The notes beneath the pieces were generated by a model, which was not told the DNA's origin, did no database searches, and worked only from the letters and a program-made list of their open reading frames with translations. The position numbers and the translations under genes are program-made. DNA of 64,000 nucleotides from Phaeosaccion multiseriatum (Eukaryota > Protista > Ochrophyta, other classes), in the NCBI GenBank assembly GCA_965112735.1, contig OZ218952.1, forward strand, positions 3,038,001 to 3,102,000. The letters run 5' to 3'. This document shows positions 1 through 35,500 of the stretch, one piece after another; position 1 is the first letter of the stretch; the number at the start of each line of letters is the position of its first letter.

Positions 1-3
1 CTG

Positions 4-687
4 TTGAGCCAGAGTCAGGGCCAGAGGCTGGGCGGCGGGGGGGGGGCGACAGTCAGAGAGAGAACTGCAGGAGGGGTGGCTGCAGTGGGTTGGTCCAGCA
101 CACCCAAATTCCCACCCCTTGCCAGGACGCCAACTAGGGAGGGGAGGGGTGTTGCAGCGAGAGGTAGAGCAGCAGCAGCAGCAGCAGCAGGAGGAGGAGG
201 AGGAGGAGGAGGAGATGGTGACCCCCGAGGAGGAGGGGGTGGAACCAGGAAGGGACGTGGTGGTGGGGGAGGAGTGCAGGGGGCGGTGTACAACCTGGAC
301 GCCTTCATGCAGACGCTGTTCAGCCCCTTTCTTTTGGCGGTCATGACTCTGTTCGTCTGCGGAGCCTTGGCCGTTGTACTGGTATACACGTACGGTGGTG
401 TACCCTGCTTGCTGACGATTGGGGCGGGCGCCATCGTAGGCACGGTGTTCCAGAGTCAAGAGAGGCTCGCGAAGGTATATAGAGCAGTCTTCTCGTCAGG
501 GGGCAGGGAGAGAAATGAGCAGCAGACTACAACAGCGGCGAGGGTGGCGTTACAGCCGCAGTCCCCGCAGCGAGAAGACGGAGGAGGGGTGAGCGGGGGC
601 GGAGGCGAAGGGTCGAGGCAGTCGCTGACCCCCAGGAAAGCGGCGCGAGCCGCCATCACTGTACAGAGGAGCGTGTATGATACGTAG
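4..687 (+). CDS. Probable 3' end of a gene entering from the left; small membrane protein C-terminus
   Basis: Frame is open from the window edge to TAG at 685-687. It has two hydrophobic stretches (LFSPFLLAVMTLFVCGALAVVLVYTY, VPCLLTIGAGAIVGTVF) and is followed by AT-rich UTR-like sequence. No family recognised. Confidence 0.35.
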   Translation: MSQSQGQRLGGGGGATVRERTAGGVAAVGWSSTPKFPPLARTPTREGRGVAARGRAAAAAAAGGGGGGGGDGDPRGGGGGTRKGRGGGGGVQGAVYNLDAFMQTLFSPFLLAVMTLFVCGALAVVLVYTYGGVPCLLTIGAGAIVGTVFQSQERLAKVYRAVFSSGGRERNEQQTTTAARVALQPQSPQREDGGGVSGGGGEGSRQSLTPRKAARAAITVQRSVYDT

Positions 688-979
688 TGTATATATATAT
701 ATACATATAGTGTAGGGGATATATTTGGAGGGTAGAATGAGTGCACTTTTAATTCTTACGTACGTGGTATCGTATACCAAAGCAAGTCAAACTCACCCTC
801 TCACTCTTCGCCACGCTATGCACAGACAAAGACGTGTATAGCCTTGCAGCCGGGCGGCCGTCGGTGCCCTCCCTGCATCAATGGAGGAGACTTACAAGAC
901 ACGAACACACACCCGGCCATCCAGTGGCAAGTGCTCGAGGACTGGCCTGCTCGGCGGAAGGGAGAAGCTTCTAATCTCT

Positions 980-1021
<42 letters not shown>

Positions 1022-1616
1022 CAACTCGCAAGCTCATCCACCCCGTAAAGTGTGTCGGCAACAGGAACAGAAATGCAAGGCACCCTCCGCCCTCCTTCTG
1101 TGGTCTTCGTTCCTCGGTCCTCTTTCTTTCACGTTCCCCCCTGCTTCTGTCTGATCCCTACCACTTCCTACAGTAGCATCTTCCCGAGTAGGCCACAGGG
1201 CGGCGTGTAAGGCAGCGCTGTTCACCGATCAACAAAAAAGAGGTCACCAGACCCCCCCAATCCTTCTCCTTCCCCTCCCATTTTTGCTACCGTAACGGGC
1301 GGTCGGGCGGTCGGGCTGCAGCACACGCCGCCATGGGGGGGAGAGAGGGAGGGCACTCATCTGTAGCAGAAGCAGGCCACCGACGATGCTGTCGCACGAC
1401 CTCAGCACAACCACCACCACCAGTATCAGTAGCAGTGCCGGGCCAACGAAAAAGAGGCAGCGGTAACAGTAGCACTAGCGATGGCAGGCCAACGAAGAGA
1501 GGCAGCGAGCTCCCGACTCCCGTCCGGCCTCGGGAAGAAGTCGAGATGGGGGAGATGGCATGAGCATGAACAAGACTGACACCATTCCGCAGGTCGCTCC
1601 GTCAGCGGGGCTTGAC

Positions 1617-2541
1617 TCAGCGTCGGGCATACAGGGCTGGAACGGACGATGTGGCCAGGAGACACACCCCGAACACAAGCACTGCCAACACGGGCAGGGA
1701 CACGGAGCAGCCTCCGCCCACCTCCTCTAGCACCGTCACACAAGAGGCTGCCATGTGAAGCCCAACCACCAATGCAATCTTGGTTCCATCAGTTCTGTCG
1801 CCCTCTCCTGTGCTGCTGCTATCGGCACGCCCTACAGCCGAGAAGACGATGATCATGAAAGCCACGTCCAACAGGAAGAACATCCAGGCAGTGAGAGAGG
1901 TGAGCAGCACCAGAGGCATGGCAATACAGCTGTCCGCGTACATCACCCCAGCGCCCGAGTCCTCGGACAGTACGACCCCGCTCATCATCACTGCGTGCAT
2001 ACCGCCCCATCCTACCCCGGCCGCAATCGCCGAGGGGAAGTCATGCAAGGGGAAAGGGTCCCGTCGCTGTTGGCGGGGTGGCCTGCCAGAACGTGCACGT
2101 TCAATGAGACTACGCTGGGCGCTGGCAAGCACAATGCCCTCCATATGGTGGTACACCTTGACGTAGGCTATTCTGGCATACTCCTGTACCGCCACTCCGC
2201 TGATCACGAGAAGCAAGCTCTCGCCGGGCATGCTTTGAAAGATGAGCCAGAGAAACGAGGACACCACAGCTGAGACGAGCCAAAAGAAGGCACTGCGATG
2301 ATCACAGACAAGACAGAACGACAAACGGGAGAGGGAACAACGGAAGAGGGTGTGAGAACGGAGGTGGGACGGAGTGGGAGGACCTTCTCGGGAAAGAGAG
2401 AGAGAGGGGGACCCACGTCCGTCCTCACCTGCTTATGGTCACGATGACGAGAGGGGGGCGCGTACCAACCACGCATACTGCCAGAGCTATTGCCGGCCCA
2501 AAGGCAATCAAACCAGAGCCCGTATACAGCAGGGAAGACAT
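1617..2541 (-). CDS. APH1: Gamma-secretase subunit APH-1 (2 exons: 2541-2429, 2292-1617)
   Basis: Exon 1 MSSLLYTGSGLIAFGPAIALAVCVVGTRPPLVIVTIS splices (GT-AG, phase 2) to AFFWLVSAVVSSFLW...VAVQEYAR...AAGVGWGGMH...LHMAASCVT. These match the APH-1 GP, AFFWL, QE.R, GxxxG and conserved His motifs of a multi-pass membrane protein. Confidence 0.9.
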
Positions 2542-2699
2542 CTTTGATGAGGGAAGGGAGGGAGGAGGGGAAAGGATGGGAAGGGCGGGGCTGACTAAAA
2601 GTAAAATCCGTTAAAATCCCGCCCCTTGCCTTGACGAGCTCTTGCTACGAGAGGCTAGAGCACCTCGTGTGCTGCGTCACAAAGGCGGAGTAAGGAGAC
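2542..2699. promoter_or_regulatory. Short bidirectional promoter between APH1 and the TNFR-like gene
   Basis: 158 bp separate the divergent ATGs. It contains inverted GC boxes (GGGCGGG at ~2583, CCCGCCC at ~2618) flanking tandem TAAAATCC motifs. Confidence 0.5.
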
Positions 2700-3958
2700 A
2701 TGGGATACTCCAGCCGGGGCTTGAGTCGCCAGCAGCAGTGGGGAGCTGTACTGCTGCTCGTTGTGGGCATGTTTCTGGGGCATTGTGGGAGATGCTCGGC
2801 CTCCACACCCATCCTGGAGAGCTTCGAGCTAGACGTCGAAAGAGGCACCTTGACGCTGGACTTTGATATGGGTATGAGTAGGCTGGAAAAGGATCTTACA
2901 GGAGTAACGCTTGGAACGCGAAACAGTGCGGTAGGGGGGCTCGTTGTCAATCTTCGAAGGACGGAGATGGAGCAGGGTATGGAAGCGCTGCAGTCAGGCG
3001 ACAGTGACGACATTCTGCTCATAAACATACATCCTCTTGACCTGGACCAAGTCAAGGCCGCCACAATCGGTCACAATACGTCGGTGACCTGCCTGTTCCT
3101 CAGAGCGGTAAGCAAACACTCGTGCCGACTAGCTCATGATTTGGATGCCAAGGCTTTGCGTCACGCTCGAAGTGTGATCTCCATCAGGGTGCACGTATCA
3201 ATCGCTACTCTCCCTCCACGCCTCTGTCGATGAACCTCACAGGACACTTTCACCGCGATCGACGGGGGCGGAAGCGCAGCCGTATACGGTACTGAGACGT
3301 ACGAAGAGACAGGCAAGAACGACAGGCTTTGTGAATCCCCAACTGCAGCGACAAATTGAATTGCGAGGGAAGGAAAGGAGGGGCAAAAGCACGGCTAAGG
3401 AGAACCCGAAACTTCCAACCAGCAGTGTCCCTCCTCGCCCGTCCCCCCCCCTCCTTCCCTGCAGCAGTACGAGCATCTCGACTAACGCCTCGGTCTCTCT
3501 CTTGCCTTTCGCGACCTCGCCCAATGGGCCACAGGCACTCACGCGACTGCTGTCACCCTGGACACCTCCTCCCCCGAGCTGGACCACTTTGTCGTCGACC
3601 GTACGGCCTCACTGCTGTACCTCTTCTTCTCAGAGGCGGTCGATTTGAGCACAGTTGATGTCACCGCAGTGTCCTTGTCCGTCAACGTATCCACATCTAC
3701 GGCCGTCCCTCTTGAGTGCAGCTCTGTGGAGTATGGTCGACGGTATAGGGAGCTCGTGGTGTCCTTGGATGCTCCTTGCCTCACAACGGAGTGGGATTTC
3801 TTCTTCCATGAGGTAGGTCAGAGGTGTGTGGAGGGAAGCGAAGCGAGACCGAGGGGAACCCGCCCATTGGGAGGAGGAAGAGGTAGGAGGTGCAGGCAAT
3901 CGAAACTGCCTCCGTCCGTCTGCCCATCTGTCTGTCTGTCTGTCTGACTGTCTGTCTC

Positions 3959-4025
<67 letters not shown>

Positions 4026-5366
4026 TCAACGATATCCTCTACACCGAGTAGGAGGGAAATTTCAGCTCCTCCTCCAGCGCGGAGGTACCTTCCAACGAAA
4101 CCTCGGACTGGGGCGAACTGCTCGCCTCCCTGGACGCCCACTTCATCTCAGAAACCTCCTCCTTCACCCTCAATATGACCGAACTCTTCGTAACGGACTT
4201 CGCGCTCACCCCACACGATGTTGAAGCAGTCATCCTCATGGTCGAAACCGCTCCCGACTGTCAGGTGCATGTGTGCGTGCGTGCCCCTCTCTTCCTCGTA
4301 CTGGCTCTTCAACTTGCTGACCCACATGCTGCCCCCCACCCCTCTCCTCCGCCCCGCCCGACCCCGCCTCTTGCTCACTCCCCCCCTCCCCCTTCCCCTT
4401 CCCCTCCCTCCCCCTCCTTTTCCTTCTAGCCTTGCACAGGGGGCCAGTTCAGAGACATCATGTGCACCCACGTATATGATGCCACGTGTGCAAACTGTAC
4501 CTCCTCCTGCCCCTTCGACCACTTCGTCTTGGCGGACTGCGACATCGAGTACGATCTTGACTGCGTACAATGCACCCCCTGCGCCTATGAGGAGTACCAA
4601 ACGGGGTACGTCTTGATGGAAGGAAGGGGGGTGGGGTTCGCTCCCTCTCTTTTCCTCTCTCTCTTTCTCTCTCGTTCACTATCTCCACACTTGTCTGATC
4701 TGTCTATCTCGAACTCGATCTCGGGGTGAGGGTGGTGGGAGGATCGGGGGGAGGACGAGAAGAGCTCGGCTCCTTGCTTTGCTTTGCTTTCTTTGCGTTG
4801 CTGATGTGCGTCTCTTGTCTCTGGCTCTCTCTGCCTCTCTCTGTCTCTGTCTGCCTGTCAGTGGCTGTGAGGGCTACGAGGACCGCCAATGCACCCCTTG
4901 TACTGCCTGTGGCGAACACGAATACGAGGTGTCAGGATGTACCCGAGCCGCAGATCGCCTCTGCGGCTCGTGTCTAAGCTGCGACTTCCACTCAGGGGGG
5001 CTCGATTGGCCCGACCCGGGGTGTCAGACAGAGAGCGTGGCACAGTGGCAGCTAGATAACTGCTGCAAAGACGGAGAGGGAGAACCCATCGACTGCCTTC
5101 TTTTAAGCCGCAAGCAAACGGAGATTTCCGCCCGTAATTCGCGCCGGCACTGGCCCTTTGAAGGGAACACCGTCCCTCGGGTGGAAGGATATACGCAAGA
5201 GAGGTGGAGGCCTTCCACTGCCATCCTGGCTGGGGAGGAGGAGGAGGAGGAGGATCACGACCCGGAAACCCTGTCGGAGCAGCGCCTCACCGCCCTGGAC
5301 AGCCCGGCCTTTCTGGATCAGGGACAGCATGTCGTTCACGACTTTCTACCCGAGGGGGATCTTTAG
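2700..5366 (+). CDS. Secreted protein with two acidic beta-rich repeats and TNFR/NGFR-like cysteine-rich repeats (about 6 exons)
   Basis: Signal peptide (WGAVLLLVVGMFLGHCGRCSA); repeated motif P.LESFELDVERGTLTLDF / PELDHFVVDRTASLLYLFFSEAVD; Cys repeats C..CT.C...EY....C....D..C in exons ~4429-4606 and 4862-5366. Introns are GT-AG; internal exon boundaries are approximate. Confidence 0.72.
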
Positions 5367-5931
5367 TTTGCAGTTTGCGAGAAGTCAGCAAGTAAGTTAC
5401 AGTAAGTCACTGATGCCTGTGTGACTTACTCACTTACTTACAGGCCGGTTGGGGGGCATAGTACCTCCGTGCCGGGGCCTTGCCAGACTTGCCTGTCTGC
5501 TTGTCTGCCTGTCTGCCTGTCTACCTGCCTGTCTGTCTACCCGTCTGTCTGCCTGCCTGTCTGGCTGGCTGTCTGGCTGGCTGCCGGCCTGCCTGCTGTG
5601 TCGTGTTGGTCTTCTACGCAGCCAACTGTGACACAACCAAGCCCAGCCTATGAGCTGACCTCACGGGGAGGGGCTGGGGCGAGAGCATAGAACAAGGTAG
5701 CAAGTTGTTGTCTTCGGCCCAGAGAAAAAACTGGCGACGACCACAAGAGTATGTATACATGGTCAAGGAAAGGCGAAGCACAGCAGGTGAACCTTCTCCT
5801 CACCGCTCTGCATTCGCTTCGAGGTCGCTACCGAAGCTCAAGACCGCAGGCGTGGGGTGTGGGGGCACAGGGGTGTGGGGCCACAGCAGCTTCGCCCTGC
5901 TGCTGCCCTTGGCGACGGAGCACGCGCGCAC

Positions 5932-6007
<76 letters not shown>

Positions 6008-6009
<2 letters not shown>

Positions 6010-6101
6010 GTAGGGAGCCTCCCCGTCACATCCTTGGGGGTGGATGGGTGAATAGTGGGCCTGAAAGATCCTGAGGGGCGAGGGTCGGAGGGTCCCTACC
6101 C
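6008..6101. other. 94-bp inverted-repeat (stem-loop) unit embedded in a (CA)n tract
   Basis: GGGTAGGGAGCCTCC (6008-6022) and GGAGGGTCCCTACCC (6087-6101) pair at 14/15 positions, with CA repeats on both sides. Confidence 0.6.
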
Positions 6102-6564
6102 TAAACACACACACACTGGTGCAACGGACGGCAGCGGAGGAGCACAATGCCTGACTTGCAATAAGAGAGAGATAGAGAGAGGGAGAGAGAGAGGAGGGAG
6201 GGAGAGAGAGGGGGGGGGGGGAGGAGAGGGGAGAGGGAGAGAGAGGGTGGAGCGGGAGAGGCACAATGATGTGGACTCGAGGTGCTTCCTTCCTTCCTTC
6301 CTTCCTTGAAGGAAGAAAAACGCTCGCTTTGCACTCGCTTTGGGTGGAAGGCGGGCACAGCCGATAAGATAGACCACAGCGCCGCTTTGCTTTGCTTTGA
6401 AAGAGTGTAGCTAGAGCACTGCACACAGTACGCACTGTACGAGGGAGTGTCGTACTCTGCGTCGCTTGACTGACTTACTGAGAGCCGAGAGCTGCGGGTA
6501 TCGGCCGGGGCCAACGGACGAGGCGCGCAGGGGACTACACAGAGCATAGAAACAAGTGTATATA

Positions 6565-6630
6565 CACAAGTCTATTGAGTTTACAGCTATTTACTCGTCA
6601 AGGCCACAAGTCTATTGAATTTGCAGCTAT

Positions 6631-6648
<18 letters not shown>
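6565..6648. repeat. 40-bp tandem duplication spanning the dynein stop codon
   Basis: CACAAGTCTATTGAGTTTACAGCTATTTACTCGTCAAGGC (6565-6604) vs CACAAGTCTATTGAATTTGCAGCTATTCACTCATCCAGGC (6605-6644); 5 differences. Confidence 0.9.
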
Positions 6649-30833
<24,185 letters not shown>

Positions 30834-31351
30834 CGCCTGCCCCGATCAGCTGCGGCCGTGCAAAAATCAGCGGCAGCAGACACGGCCCGTCGCCCAGCCT
30901 TTGCAGGCTGCTAATTGTTTTTTACCCCAACCCAAAGGATGTCAACGGTTGGAGGATTACGTAAGATTTTTTTTTTTTTTTTGTTCCTTCCTTGTCCCTT
31001 TTATTAGAGCGATACGCTTCCCCCTAATGAGAAGTAACGCCCAGCGACAGGCATTGTGCTGAGGATGGATGCGAGAGGAGAGCGAATCTCTCGTCGTTGC
31101 CACGAGTGGGGCCGCTACCTCCCTCTGCCTAAGAGTAGGAAAGTACCCCCAAGCTGAGCGCTCCTAGGGAGAGAGAAGAGACCAAGCTAGCGCCTGGAAG
31201 CTTCTTTTGAGATGAGGAAGTTTCCACTTGGTCTTACGGGTTCAGGAGTGCGGAGGAGCCAACCAGGCCCCAAAAGGTCCGCAACCCACATCTTATTGTC
31301 CTGCCTACCTAATAATACGTAATTGAACCTTCGGCCCCTGACAAGGTTCTG

Positions 31352-31462
31352 GGTTCCAGGTTCTGGCCGGCGCCAGCCGGCCGGGTTCCAGGTTCTGGCC
31401 GGCGCCAGCCGGCCAGGTTCCAGGTTCTGGCCGGCGCCAGCCGGCCAGGTTCCAGGTTCTGG
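31352..31462 (+). repeat. Left subterminal array: 3 full + 1 partial 32-bp units
   Basis: Unit GGTTCCAGGTTCTGGCCGGCGCCAGCCGGCC(A/G); exact 32-bp period. Confidence 0.95.
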
Positions 31463-31622
31463 GGGAACGCCATGTAATAAGGCAATGATAAAGTGAGCCA
31501 CCTAGGATGTGGGACAGACCACACACCCCAGACAACCAACAGCAAGGGGTTCGTATCCTATGTTGAGCGTGTATTAGCTTTCTTTATCAATCTCACTTCC
31601 CTATCTATCCTTCTCCTGCGAC

Positions 31623-32360
31623 ATGCATGCCGTTCATATGAAGCACGTGTTCCCCAACTGGCGACAATCCGGATTCGAACATACCAAACACCTGCTGAAG
31701 AGCCAGGGCCTGGGCAGAGGGATCGTCCAGAACACCGGCTTCCCCTTCTTCATGAGGGCAAGAACGGTCACCCCGCGACGAGGGAGAGGGGGGAGCAACG
31801 CCGTGAGGAGTGACGCCCACGTGGCCAAGCAGATGGAGATGGACATCGTGACTCCCCCCAGGATGTTTGAGCTTCCGTCCGATCATGAATATGGCGACGG
31901 CCACAAGTCCCTCATGATCGACGTCACGCTCACAGATGCCACCAACACCACCAACCGGGCCAAGGCATCGAAGGAGGCACTCGCGGCAGCCAAGAAGGCT
32001 GAAGCGACCAAGCGGACCAGGTATGGGGTGCCACAGGTAGGCATGGAAGGCCAGGGTGGGGACATCCACTATGACCCCACGCGGTACCACCTTGTCCCTT
32101 TTGCAATAGAACAGCAAGGTGCATTTGGCCCGTCAGCACAGATGTTTATAAAAACACTCGCCACCCACATGGCTGGGGGGCACGAACATCTGGACCTGAG
32201 GGCTTATGCGAGGGCTGTTTGCGTCATTCGGCGACGATTAGCCGTAGCGCTCCAGCGGGCCCGACACGAACGATCGGTTCGCCACAGGATCCTGGCTGGT
32301 ATCAACTTTGTTCCAATGGGAAGAACTGATGAGTCAGAGGGACACGACCTCGAGGGCTAA
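31623..32360 (+). CDS. Stand-alone restriction-like endonuclease (RLE, PD-(D/E)xK fold) of the CRE-like non-LTR retrotransposon type
   Basis: Motif order MEMDIV...LMIDVT...AAAKKAEATKRTRY...LVPFAIEQQGAFGPSA..FIKTLA...RRRLAVALQRA matches the RLE pattern (RPD / IDV / K..KY / P.A.E..G..G / SVALQR). No RT domain; an in-frame TAG lies upstream at 31575. Confidence 0.78.
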   Translation: MHAVHMKHVFPNWRQSGFEHTKHLLKSQGLGRGIVQNTGFPFFMRARTVTPRRGRGGSNAVRSDAHVAKQMEMDIVTPPRMFELPSDHEYGDGHKSLMIDVTLTDATNTTNRAKASKEALAAAKKAEATKRTRYGVPQVGMEGQGGDIHYDPTRYHLVPFAIEQQGAFGPSAQMFIKTLATHMAGGHEHLDLRAYARAVCVIRRRLAVALQRARHERSVRHRILAGINFVPMGRTDESEGHDLEG

Positions 32361-32596
32361 GTTCCCCGGGGCGGTGAGACATTACTTTTAGACAACCATA
32401 GATGGCACTTAAGGGTGTAATATATAAGCCTTTTGAGACTCCACAAAAGTCCAACGCTTCTCTCTCTCCCAGCCTTCTTGTATTACTTCGATTACTTATA
32501 TGAACACCAACTACACTTTACGTTCCTCATGCTACCTAACTTCCCCCCTCATGCCTCTGGCAAAACTCGCTGTACTCTGTTCTCGGCATTCTGTTG

Positions 32597-35500
32597 ATGG
32601 TCAAAGTACAGCACGTGCCGGCGACATGCACAGTTGTCCTGCGAGATGCTCGCCTCAAGGATACCGGCGGAGTGGCAGTAGTAGGCGACTGTGTGTACAT
32701 TTGCAGCAGCAGAGACAACAAGTTGTACGTTGTTCACGTCAAGGAGTCATTGACAGGGTCTCACGAGACGCACGATTTTGACGAGGGCCGGGATGGGATT
32801 GACACTGTGGAAGGTGGGGCGGGTGTGCCAGGGAGGAAGAAGAAAGCCGAGCTCAAGATAGTGCAGACACTGCAGCAAAGTCAAGGTGACGCCCCAGGGA
32901 AGGTCGTTGAGCACTTCATGCCGCTTCGGAGTCCCATTGCGGTGTGTGTAGGGTTGGGCTCGGACAAGGACTACGATCTTTTCGTGTCTCAGCAGCTGCC
33001 GGGGCGTAAAGGGGGGCTCGCTCAGCTCTCCTTTCGAGCGCGCGACCCCACCTCTGCCCTTTGCACTGTGGTCGCCTCGCTTCCCGGAGAGCCGGCAGGT
33101 GTGACTGCTCTTTCGGCTTCTTGTATTGCAGTACTCGTGGATAGGTCCTTGTTCGTGTTGGACAGATCTTCCCGACAAGACGAAGCAAAGGAGGGGAGAG
33201 AAGAGCAGAAGGAGGAAGAGGAGGAGGAGAAGGTAGAGGAGGAGGAGAAGGAGGAGGAGGAGGAGGAGGAGGAGGAGGAGGAGGAGGAGGAGGAGGAGGA
33301 GGAGAAGGAGGAGGAGGAGGAGGCGGAGGGGGGGGGGAGGGGACAGGGGGCGGAGGTGGAGGAGGAGAAGGATTCTGCAGAGACGGTCGAAGCGCGGAAT
33401 GAGCATCGCACGAGGAGCAGAGCTAGAGGAGAGTCTAGGGGGGTGAGGGGGGGGGCGGGAGAGGGTGGAGGGCATCTATTGCTCGCAGTGGAGAGCGTTG
33501 GCGAGGCGCCCTGTGGATTGCATGCAGCACCGACTGAGGTGTCCGAAGATGCGGATGCGAGACACGTCATGTACGTGGTTGATCAAGGCGACCACTCCGT
33601 CAAGATGTTGTGGCAGAGTGCTGCCACAGAGCAATGGACTGTACGTGTGGTGGCAGGCGGCATCGGCAACGACAAAGCGGGCAAGAGCACTGGGAGCGGC
33701 ACGGCCAAAATGGTCGCTCTCTTCAAACCTACCTGGGGCTGCTTCCTTGGTGGGAAAAGTTTCCTGTTCTCAGACAGTGGCACACAGTGTATCCGGCTTC
33801 TTACGGACATGTACCCTCTAGCGGAGCGCCTTCTTCCAATGCTCCGGCGCTTGGCCGAGGCGTACCAGCTCCTCCCTTCCTGCGCTGTTGACGGCGTGGA
33901 CATGCACAGAAATGCCAAGTCATTGACCGAGTCTGCAGCCAAGATGGCCTCTGTGCACCTCCACGTCGAAAAGCTGGCAGAGGACGCCGCAAAGCGGACC
34001 GGGAAGTCGCTCGCATCCGTTCAGGGGCCCGAGAGCGCCATCTCGCCTTCGCTAAGGAAGAGCATCAAGTGCGCCGTCATCGCCTTCTCGAAGCTGATGA
34101 AGAGGCTGAAGGAGGAGGTGAGTCACAAGTGCCACGACACGACGGAGGGGAAGAGCCCACTGCCTGTCTGCCTTGCTATTTTTTATCTTGCGCTGACATT
34201 TCCCCCATCTCCCCCTCCTCCTATACCGATGCTCCCTTGCTCCACTTTGGGTCTCTCTTGTCCTGCAGGGAGTGCCTGCACGTGTGACCGACAAGATTAT
34301 GGCTAAGGCATTGCTCACCTTAAATGTGGAGACCAGCTTCACGCAGTACCGCAATGGGGGTGGGGGGAACACCAACATTCCAGATGTGCTCCAAGTGCTT
34401 CGACGGCGACAGATTGTCGGGGTTGAGATGGCGAAGCGATGGAGTGGTGGCAGGGGATATGTCTACAACACGGACAGCAGGTCCAGCGGCAAGCAAACGT
34501 TCCGCGGCCACTACCACCACTCTCTCAATTTCAGCAGGCGTGTCGCTGCCCCCGTCTATACATGAGAAGGAAAGTTCCAGCACGCTCTCTATCTCCAGCG
34601 GAGCAAGCGACGAGAGAGCAGGAGCTGCGTATACATCGTCAGGCGGCTCGAATCATGAGGCCATGATGCGTAACGCGGGTCACAGACAAGGGAAAGGCCC
34701 AAGTTGGTTCTCTTCCCCTGTCAATCGCGTACGACAAGATCGAGAGTCTGGGTGATGACACGTCTGGGTATAAGCCAGGTTCGAGCAGCTTCAGGGGTGG
34801 AGGGGGGGGGCAGAGCAGCACGGGCACCCAGATCGTGCACCAAGAGGGAGATCTGGTCTACGTGAAGGCTGCGAATGGCTCGGGCAATGAGCTCTTCTTT
34901 GTGGTCCAGCTAAGAGAAGACGTAAAGGAGGCGTACAAAAAGGTCTGCAGAGGAGCTGGAAAGACAGTGAAGATGGGAAAGACAGTAGAGCCTTCACACC
35001 CGGGCGTGCGACATTTTTTCAAGGGCAGCGCAGGTGGGGATGAAGCAAAAGGTGGCTCCGGTGATGTGGTATACAACTACACCCATGATGCAAGCGTGAA
35101 CGTGGAGGCGATTTATGGTGCGTTGACTTCGTTCGGCAACGCGGCCTACCAGTACGAAGGCTTCTCAGTTGGGACGGAGGGAAAGCAAAAAAAGAAGGGC
35201 AAGAAGAAGGGAGGGAAGGGTCAAAGCGCTTCGTCAGTCCCCTCTGATGTCGCCACCACCAGCCCGACCATGCAGACACTTTTGACCAGGCGCTTGATGC
35301 GCTTTACCATCACGGAGGAGGAGCATGACAGCATCGTCGGTATTGTCAATGACTCAAGCAAAGAGGATATCGACAGGCAAAATCGAGGCTTACGCGAAGC
35401 AGATGAGGAGGAGGAGGTCGCATCAGAAGACGAGGACAGTGAAGACGAGGGAGAAGAAAGCACGCCTCATCAGCGCAAGCTGGGAGTTATGGTCAGCACG

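Noticed and set aside
6094-6106. CCCTAAAC as a telomerase RNA template
   Set aside because: Only 8 nt, part of a hairpin arm running into a CA repeat; no promoter or terminator support.
31209-31240. Short similarities between the left flank and the right flank (~36342-36397), suggesting longer direct repeats
   Set aside because: Only 12-16 bp imperfect matches, in non-collinear order; consistent with chance.
34664-34666. TGA as selenocysteine or programmed readthrough
   Set aside because: No SECIS recognised. A nearby frameshift and a CGA>TGA transition explain it more simply as decay.
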